Below, piece by piece: positions 54,842 through 64,000 of a DNA stretch of 64,000 nucleotides. The translations under genes and the position numbers were made by a program. The first letter of the stretch is position 1; each line of letters opens with the position of its first letter. Below the pieces are notes generated by a model, which had not been told where the DNA came from, did no database searches, and saw only the letters and a list, made by a program, of their open reading frames with translations. Source of the DNA: the human T2T-CHM13v2.0 reference genome, Homo sapiens. Location of the stretch: the NCBI RefSeq assembly GCF_009914755.1, contig NC_060938.1, one strand, 5' to 3'.

Positions 54842-54994
54842 AAAATAATTGTAATTATAGCTCTCAAAAAAGTTAGAGCCTAAAACATATATTTGTTAGC
54901 GTATTTTATGACCTGATAAGTTTAAGATCAAGTTTTCTTGACCAAGATGTCAAGTTTGTTAAGGGCAGAATCCCCAAGTCACAGATTTCAGAAA

Positions 54995-55205
54995 AGCATG
55001 ATTGTGAATCCTGGTTTTGCAATTAACTAGCTGCATCAAATTGTGCATATTATTAACTTAGTCCAGTCTCAATTTCCTCATCTGCCAATTAGAGTTTCTA
55101 CCTCACAAAATTATTGTGAATATTAAGTTTTAAAAATAAATATAGCATTCTCATCATAGGACTAGCTTTTAATAAGTATTCAACATGTTGTTTTTAGTAT
55201 CATTT
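54995..55205 (+). mobile_element. MIR SINE
   Basis: GAATCCTGGTTTTGC...ACTAGCTG...TCTCAATTTCCTCATCTG...CTACCTCACA...TTGTGAATATTAA. Confidence 0.7.
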
Positions 55206-55349
55206 TCATGATAACTGAAACTATATTAGTGAAGGGGAAAACCCAGTAGGAATGTTGAAGAGGTGAGCACTCCAGTCAACATAAATATTTTAGATCACTC
55301 TGATTAACATAAATACTTACATACAATCATATTAACACAAATATTTAAG

Positions 55350-55885
55350 TGGCATAAAGTCAGACATAACCAGGTCTATGCATGTTTATGTCTTTCCACA
55401 AGACCAGACTTTTATTGATGTTTATTTAATCATAAAAGCCATGAGCTACGTGGCATTCTCAAGGAGGCAATTCTCAACACTACCTGTTCACTCAGTAGTC
55501 ACAGCCCTGGGCACACAAGCACAAGCCAATCCACAAGTCAGTCAATTTTGCAAATCATACATACTAGTAGGATACTAAATTGATACATAAATGTTATATA
55601 TCAAGATTTCCACATCAATCAGAGTAACATCTAATAACAAGAGAAAAGGGATAGGGAAATAAGTTAATAAACCATTTCAAAGAAAGCAACATGGACAAGG
55701 AGTGTCCTAGGCTGACCTAGATGGTCATCAACATCTTGCAAGAAAGACTTCTTGATTTGAGCAGAGCCTTCAGTGGCAGATGCCTGATGCTGACCACAAG
55801 TGACAGCTGGATCATCTCTATTGAGACAGCTGTGTTGAACTGGTGAAGTCCTGCTCTTTTCATAGTTTTTGAGTCTTGTGAGAAC
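55350..55885 (-). mobile_element. Probable old LTR, family uncertain
   Basis: GC-richer block with minus-strand AATAAA near 55412 followed by a short U5-like tail; family not confidently recognised. Confidence 0.35.
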
Positions 55886-58139
55886 TGATTGTAAATGGTA
55901 TATCTGGTTAAACAAATATTGAATATTAACTAAGATTAAGTGATTATAAAAGCATTTTTATTTAGCTGATGCAAATAAAAATTGGAATACATTTTCAGCC
56001 TTAGAAGTAATTTTACAATTGCACAGTTTGATTTTGCTACTGAATTTGAAATAGGAAAAACAAAGTGTTTAAAATCTGATGATTTAAAGAGTACATTCAA
56101 AATATGCAGACAAGATTCATTATCTACCTACCCCAAAGTGCAATATCTTTTACTATTTGACATGACGTTAGAACCCTAAATTTCCATAAAATAACTTATT
56201 GGCCCAATTAAATTGGGTACTCATTTTGACAGAGCTTTGCTTTTGAAGCTATAGTTGATGATAGACTTTATTCTGTGAAAAGTCTACTCAGTTTTGTTTA
56301 CAAAAAGAAAGCTTGTTCTCTCTTTTGTCTTATTTGCAGACTGAAAAACTATTGGATTAAAAAAGAAAATATTCACATTTCTACTTTTCATCAAGAGGTA
56401 AAGGATTCATCTTTTCTTCTAGGGGTTGTCATGATGGAAAGAACAATTATGGAATAAAGAGTTCTATGAAATATTAAATATTATGAAAACCTGATGTTTA
56501 TATGAGTCAAAGCATCACTTTCAATTCTATGGTGTAGCATTGTATTAAATGTGTACAACTAGCCATATGAGTTATCATATGGAAATCATGTTTCATATAA
56601 TTTAATAATTTCCACACTTCCATTTTAAATAAGTGAATTCCTTTAGTTATTACCTCGAGTGATAGAATTTTAAAAAATTAAGGATTCCATTTTTTTCCTC
56701 TCTTAGTTTATAATCGTGGCTAACATAGAACTTTTAAGAGACTTAAGCTAAATTTAAAAAGGCACAAATATCAATCTTCTGTTAGATAGAAAGCTGTACA
56801 ATTTTCAGATCACTATCTTACAGTATCAAACATACATAGTCATATTTTAGTATATACCACAAACATTTGGATATTAATTATAGATATTTATGTGAATATG
56901 TAATTCTCAGTGTCTTCCATATCCTCTGTGCTGCCAGATAACCCATTTAGGTCTATCAGTGAAAGAAAAACATAAGTTGTAAATATTGGCACAGATTTTT
57001 TTTTTTTACAAACAAATTCTTTTTTCACTTGAAATGTAAATGGAATGTTAGGGTGATTTCTTAATATTCAGTAACTTTGGATTTTTATTATGTATATACT
57101 CACAATGTGCAATACTGCACAAAACACAGAGCATCCTTTATATTGTGACAAATCTCAGTGTCATTTTATATAAAAACATCTTCTATTTAGTTGTATTCGT
57201 GCATCTACAGTATGACAAACCAAAGTTTTGGCAAGAAACAATTACCAAAAAAAAAAAAAAAAGGATGATCATTGTAACATGAAATCACAAATCACATTCT
57301 TTTTATTTTGTCTCCAAGTTTTCTCTTCAATCTTTCTTCTGACAGTCTAGGCAGAAATGCTTTTGACAAAAGGCTCTTATTCATAGTAACTCAGCTGACA
57401 CCAATTTTTTTTTTATAGAACACTGTTTTCAAATACATAAGTAACAGATATTCATCTCCTGATGACTATGTTGCTATGATAAATTCATTGTGTGTCTTAA
57501 TTTTCCAACCTCAACCACTAGCATAGATAAAGCAAATTAGGTATCAGCATTTACCAATAATGTTATAAGAACACAAATTAACTGTATTGATGAGCATCAT
57601 AATAAATTTTACTCTAAGGATTTTTACACCTAAATATGAATGTTATTATGGTCCAACAATACTTCTTGTATTTAATGGACATAATTTATCCCTGTAAATC
57701 TGGGCAGCAAATCACTGCATAATTAAACAGTTTGGCAATCACTAGAAAGATTTCAGATTCTTTGGCAGCAGATGCCAAGACAAAACATGAGGTATGAGAT
57801 GTTTGTTGAGAATCAACATTATGAAAAAAAGGAAAGGAAAAAAGATTGCTCAGAGACAGAATGTGAACAGACATGTAGGCCCTCCAAGGCCTCGACCAAC
57901 CCAGTGGTAAACTCTGGAGTGAGTATTGCCCCTGAGTGTTCCATGCTGGGTAAAATGTACAGGCCATTGTGTAACTGCCTTGCTCAATCACCTGATGCAG
58001 ACTGCCCTGGTCAGAGTGTGAATTCCAGGGAAGTGTTCTCTGTAGCTAGGACCCTAAAGGAAATAATAGCTGGAAGCTGGCTGCTGGCTGAATTGCCCTC
58101 AACTGAGGGCTGACCAGGAAGTCCTGGGTGGCTCATGTC

Positions 58140-58460
58140 TGGTCTATTCCTAGTTTGCTGAACATTTTTTTAAAAATGTGTGTTGTAGTTTGTCAAATGC
58201 TTTTTCTATATACATCAAAATGCCCATTTAATATATTTTTCTCAACCTCTTAATGTAGTGAATTACATTAATTTCTGTATTTTGAAACAACCTGCATTCC
58301 AACTTGATTATTTGTGTCATTCTTTATGTATTGCTGGATTTTGTTAATTTTTTTTAAGAAATGTTGTCTCTATATATCCATAAATGATACTGCTTTTACT
58401 TCCATTATATTTGTAATATCCTTTTCAGGTTTTGACATAATGATTATGGTGGCATAAAAC
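58140..58460 (-). mobile_element. Ancient L1M ORF2 fragment, antisense
   Basis: TCTATTCCTAGTTTGCTGA...TTTGTCAAATGCTTTTTCT...TGAATTACATTAATT. Confidence 0.65.
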
Positions 58461-58889
58461 AATTTCTAGATCTAATTTTTAATATATATCTTTCCCCTTA
58501 AACCAAGTAGACTTTAGTTTGAGATACTTGGGGTGCCAGCGGCATGGTCTGAACTTTCTCCTCTTTCTTACCAGAGCCCAACTCCAAGGTTAGGGTAAAT
58601 AAGGGAGCCAGAGATATTATATAATTTGTTTTCTCTCAATAGTGGTCTTGATATATTTGGTGCATATGATTTCCTTGAATTTTTTAGTTTCAGACCAACA
58701 AGCTCCTTAAATGCTCTAACATTCTAAAATGCTGAAGACATTTTAGAGATGGGCAATTCTGTGTCCTCGGATCCATTTCTTACATCTGTGCTCCACGTCA
58801 GGCCACAGGAATTGTTCGTTTTTCTGTAACAAGGTTTCAGGAAACAAATGTTCTATTCTTAATCCATGTACGAGGCATACTCTACTATG

Positions 58890-59233
58890 CAGCCATTCCT
58901 CAGTGTTCATGGATTGATTCCAGGACCTTTCTGTCCCACGTACCAAAATTCACAAATGCTCAAGTCCCTTATACAAAATGCTGTAATATTTGCATACAGC
59001 CTACACACATCCTCCTGTATACTTTAAAACATCTCTAGGTTATTTATAACACATACTACAGTACAAGCGATATGTAAATAGTTGTTATACTGTATTGCTT
59101 AGGAAATAATGACAAGAAATATAGTATGTGTATGATCAGTATGGACACAACGATTCATTTTTTAATGAATATTTTTTATCTGTAGCTGGTCAAATCCATG
59201 AACGTGAAACTCACAGATACTGAGGACCAATAG
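58890..59233 (+). mobile_element. MER2 (Tigger-derived) MITE; strand arbitrary
   Basis: TTCCAGGACC...ACCAAAATTCACAAATGCTCAAGTCCCTTATA...ACATCCTCCTGTATACTTTAAA...TATGTAAATAGTTGTTATACTGTATTG; TA at the right end. Confidence 0.85.
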
Positions 59234-59352
59234 TACATTATTTTTTAATCTCTCTGCTTCAGGTTACAACTTGTGTCTATGTTCACTTATGTTTTCTAAA
59301 TCTCCTCACACTTTGCACTCTGTTTAATTGGCAGAATTATGTGGAATAAGAG

Positions 59353-59586
59353 CAGTAATTCTCAACTGAAAGCAACTTTGCCTTCTATGGGAGACTTGGC
59401 AATGCCTAGAGGCATATTTGGTATATGACTAGGGGAAGAATGGCTCTATGGTATCTAGTGGGTAATGCCAGGGATGCTGCTCAACATTACAAACTCTAAG
59501 AGTTTTTCTCCTAATCTGTACAATGCACAGCCCTCCACAACACTTTCCAGTCAAAATGTCAACAGCGCAAGGGTTAAGAAACTTTG
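59353..59586 (+). mobile_element. MER20 (hAT-Charlie); strand arbitrary
   Basis: CAGTAATTCTCAAC...TTGGCAATGCCTAGAG...GGGATGCTGCTCAACAT...CAAAATGTCAACAG...GGTTAAGAAACTTTG. Confidence 0.8.
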
Positions 59587-59781
59587 ACACAGAGCTTCAA
59601 GAGTTCACTAAAACTCCAAATGTAGAGCAAGATTATATTCTTCTCTTGGTACACCAACTTTAGACCTTTATGAGAGCTATTTTGAAACCCTCGATTTGTT
59701 CCATAGAAGAGGGACGACTTTCACTCTACCCTATAGAGTAGAGGGAGAGAACAAACTCTTTTCTCTTAGTACCACATTCTT

Positions 59782-60440
<659 letters not shown>

Positions 60441-61022
60441 AGTACCACATTCTTAACAAGACTCCCAAACTCCAACTATTTCCACTCTTTATATTTCATG
60501 TGGGTGTTGGATTACTTTGAGGGAAACAATAAAAACGGCACTGTAAACATGCTTATGCATTTGTTTTTTTTTTGTCTGCCATTAAAAGATGTTGTTAAGT
60601 TAGTGTGCTCTGCCTTTGGATGAGCTGAGGAGTCCCCAAAGTGTACATTATTTTTATTTTTTCAGCTTTATATCCTAGTGGCAAGTTATGGAGAAGAGAA
60701 AAATTCTTAATTAGTGTGTGTTACAATAATAAGTTGCAGTTTACTAAATATTTTCATGTTATTTTTTCATGAAATCGTCACAGAAATATTGTATATTAGT
60801 GTCATCACGAATATTATTTTGTTACTTAAACTGAGGAATCATTGATGCCGTTGTTATTAATAATGTTCTCTTCGAAGACTAGAAGTGATTTTTTTTTTTT
60901 CAGTGTTAAGTGCTTCTATATAAGAGGGCATGTATGATTTATTTGGAAAATTTAGGCTCCTAGGAGTCTTGCTGTAAAGCAGTAGTATACGATATTTTCT
61001 ATTTCAGTTGCTTCCCCAAGAG

Positions 61023-61092
61023 TCTTATAAATTCCATTATCTGATCATTCAGCCATATGGACAAATCAATTTCCTCCCAGAGATGTGGAATT
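61023..61092 (+). repeat. Donor copy of a 70-bp dispersed direct repeat
   Basis: 69/70 identical to 62930-62999. Confidence 0.95.
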
Positions 61093-61534
61093 TGAGGGAA
61101 AAATAAAAAAGAACAAATATGCCCTCTTCATTCAGTGATCACCTTGAAAGTGGGTGGGAAGAATATCTCACATTCATTACTAAGCAGTTGCCATGGACAG
61201 TAAAATCTTTTCTTATGTGAACGACTGACACAAAATAGTATTTGAAAAGTTTCATTTCAAAGTGTTGCCAGAACTGAGGATAAGAATAGAAATAACGAAT
61301 GCTAAATCTCAATATTGCATTAAAAGTTAGAAATGTAAATGATTAACAGTAAGGTAAAATTTTATACTGATTTTATGTTCATAATATAACAAATGGAAGA
61401 AGAGGTTGGGATCTTTAGGTATGATATGGATTTTGATATGGCTAGAATATAGCCTCTTTAGAAAGCAAAAAAAATCTTTTTTTTTAAGTGGCATATAGCA
61501 CAAGAATTTTAAGAACAGTGATATCATTATTTTA

Positions 61535-63450
61535 TGTTTTGATAAACTTTACTATTTAGAAGAGTTTCAGATTTACACAAGGACTCTTAAGGTAATACAC
61601 AGTTTCCTCATTCATTTTCCCCTATTGTTAATATCTTATGTTAGTGTGGTAATTTGTTACAACTAATGAGTCAGTATTCATACATTATTAATATTAACTG
61701 AAGTTATTTTATCTAATTTTGACATAATACTTTTTTCTGATCCAGAATACCACTCAGAATATACTACAATTTAGATGACACATCTCCTTACACTTCTCTT
61801 GGCTGTGGCAGTTTCTAAGAGTTGTCTTTTTTTTTTTATGATTTGACAGTTTCGAAGTATACTGGTCAGGTATTTTGTAGAATGTCCCTCAATTGGGACT
61901 GGTCTGGTGTTTTCCCCAGGATTACTCTGGGGTTATGCATTTGGGAGAAGAAAACCACAGGGGTTAGGTGTCATTTTAATTATACCATATCAAGATTATA
62001 TGCTATCAACATGACAACACTGTTGATAATGTTGACCTTCTATATGTGGCTGTGGTAGTTCTTGTCAGAGCTCCCTATTTTTACACTTGCCATTTTACAA
62101 ATGACTTCTTTCCATCATTGTGTGTGTGTGTGTGTATGTGTGTTTTAATACTGTCTTCTTTTCTGGTAGTATAAAATGCTCCATATTCATGTTCATATTC
62201 ATCTTAAATATGCCACAGCCTAGAATCCCTGTATGTCTAAGGAGCCTTAATTTATTTTGTTGAAGAATGACATTGGAAACCATGATCTGAATGCTAGGAG
62301 TGTCTGTTACTACTGAAATATATTTCTTCTAGGCCATTGCAACTGACAGAATGAGAAAATATCTGTGTGTGTATTGACAGCTGTGTATATACATATCCTT
62401 AAATATTTCTGTGTTATCTATATCTATAGTAAGCTAAGCATACTGATGTTTCCACATTTAATTCATTACCTCATGGATTATTCTGGTCTTCTATTTTTTT
62501 GTAACCTACCACTTCAGCATGAAAAATCTGTCTATTTCCTCTGCCATTCATTTATTAATTATTCAATACCAGTATATGTGTACTGTGGTTTCAGAATTGT
62601 TAAACTGTGCTTCACAGAAATAATTTTATCCACTCAATTACAGTGCTTGTGTACAATTCCTTTTGCCTTTAGTCATATATTCTATTAATTTTTAAACATA
62701 CTTAACTTAATAAGCATATTTTTTCTCCACCCACTTCAGTTAGGTATTTTCACATATTTCTAATTCAGTTGGATTCTTTTATCCCATTCTTTATTCCATG
62801 CTAGGATTCTGCAATGTTCAAGATCATATTTTAAAATTTGCATGCAATATTTAATCTTTGTCCTGTAAAGTTCTACAAGATTTGACAAATTCATAGACTT
62901 AAGTATCTATAAATTCATAGACTTAAGTATCTTATAAATTCCATTATCTGATCATTCAGCCATATGGTCAAATCAATTTCCTCCCAGAGATGTGGAATTA
63001 AGATATTACACACAATAAATCCACCATCCTAAAAATATTCTATCTTCTCCACCTATTCAAACCCTTCCTATAAAAGAGAACACTGACAATTATTCATCTG
63101 CTAACTGTCTCTGTATTTTCCATTTCTAGAATATCAAATAACTAGAATAATAAAGTAGTTTGCTTTTTCAGATTTACTTCTTTCTGTTAGCAGTATGCAT
63201 CTATGACCCATTTTTAGTATGATTTGATAACACTCATTTTTACTGCAGAATAGTATTCTGTTGTAGAGATATACCAAAGTTGATCTATTTATCTATTGAA
63301 ATAAATATTAATTACTTCCAGTCTTTAGTGATTATGAATACAGCTATTATTAGCAGAGTAAACATATGTGCAGACATAAGTTTTTTAATCACTTGGGCAG
63401 ATACCTAGAAGTGTGATTGCTGAATAGTTTAATGAATCTATGTTTAGTAC
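61535..63450 (-). mobile_element. L1MC/MD-type long 3' UTR region, antisense
   Basis: AGTATACTGGTCAGGTATTTTGTAGAATGTCCCTCAATTGGG, CTAAGGAGCCTTAATT, CTTCCAGTCTTTAGTGATTATGAATACAGCT. Confidence 0.8.
62930..62999 (+). repeat. Inserted copy of the 70-bp repeat, interrupting L1M
   Basis: 69/70 identical to 61023-61092; preceded by a 22-bp tandem duplication. Confidence 0.95.
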
Positions 63451-63751
63451 TTTAGTGCCTAGTTTAGGTGGATTTTACATGAACAGTTCAACAATTTATT
63501 AATAGTGAATATGCCTATCTTCATCTATGTGCCAGAAATGCAAACATCCTCTACCTGCACATAGTTTCCTTAGCACATGATACATTCAATAATTTACTAT
63601 TAGGATCAAAATTGATCATCTTAATACTTATGCCTTCTTTATAGAAAAGACCCGTTGTTTGATATAAAGGAAGATTATTTGTTTCTTGTTCCTCACTGGC
63701 CTTTCCTAATTTTAGAAACCAATCCACCATTAATTGTTTGTCTTTGCTTTG

Positions 63752-64000
63752 TAATATGGTTTGGCTGTGTTCCCACCCAAATCTCATCTTGAATTGTAGT
63801 TCCCGTAATCCTCACATGTCGTGGAAGGGACCAGGTGAAGACAAGTGAATCATGGGGGCAGTTTCCTCTGTGCTGTTCTCATGGTAGTGAGTTAGTTCTC
63901 ATGAGATCTGATGATTTGGGGGGCTTCCCCCTTCCCTGGGCACTCATTCTTCTTGCTGCTGCCATGTGAAGAAGGATGTGTTTGCTTTCCCTTCCACCAT
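63752..64000 (+). mobile_element. THE1 (D-like) LTR running off the window end
   Basis: TAATATGGTTTGGCTGTGTTCCCACCCAAATCTCATCTTGAATTGTAGTTCCC...GCCATGTGAAGAAGGATGTGTTTGCTT. Confidence 0.9.

Noticed and set aside
57772-58113. 113-aa ORF with an ATG start
   Set aside because: No recognisable domain or splice context; it overlaps a GC-richer patch that is probably an old LTR remnant. Its length is compatible with chance.

Overview
This is primate genomic DNA (human or great-ape-like, since it carries AluY). It is strongly AT-rich and CpG-poor, with no CpG island, and looks like gene desert or the interior of a very long intron. I find no intact protein-coding exon. The only protein-like ORF pieces are decayed ERV gag/pol (6.9-8.0 kb) and L1 ORF2 (47.6-51.1 kb). 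The window is a mosaic of transposable elements: a MER61-type ERV1 3' end, a heavily deleted MER51-type provirus with a 4-bp TSD, several L1s, MaLR/ERVL LTRs (THE1, MST, MLT1, MLT2), five Alus, Tigger/Charlie DNA elements, L2/MIR remnants and a tailless U2 snRNA retropseudogene. I see no evidence of a new gene system. The most interesting signals are mechanistic scars: a recent 70-bp templated insertion with a repeated template-switch signature (62.9 kb), two AluY elements inserted in turn at the same endonuclease nick (59.8-60.45 kb), and collapsed proviruses or L1s with LTR fragments at deletion junctions. Repeat family names come from my recall of consensus sequences and should be confirmed with RepeatMasker/Dfam.
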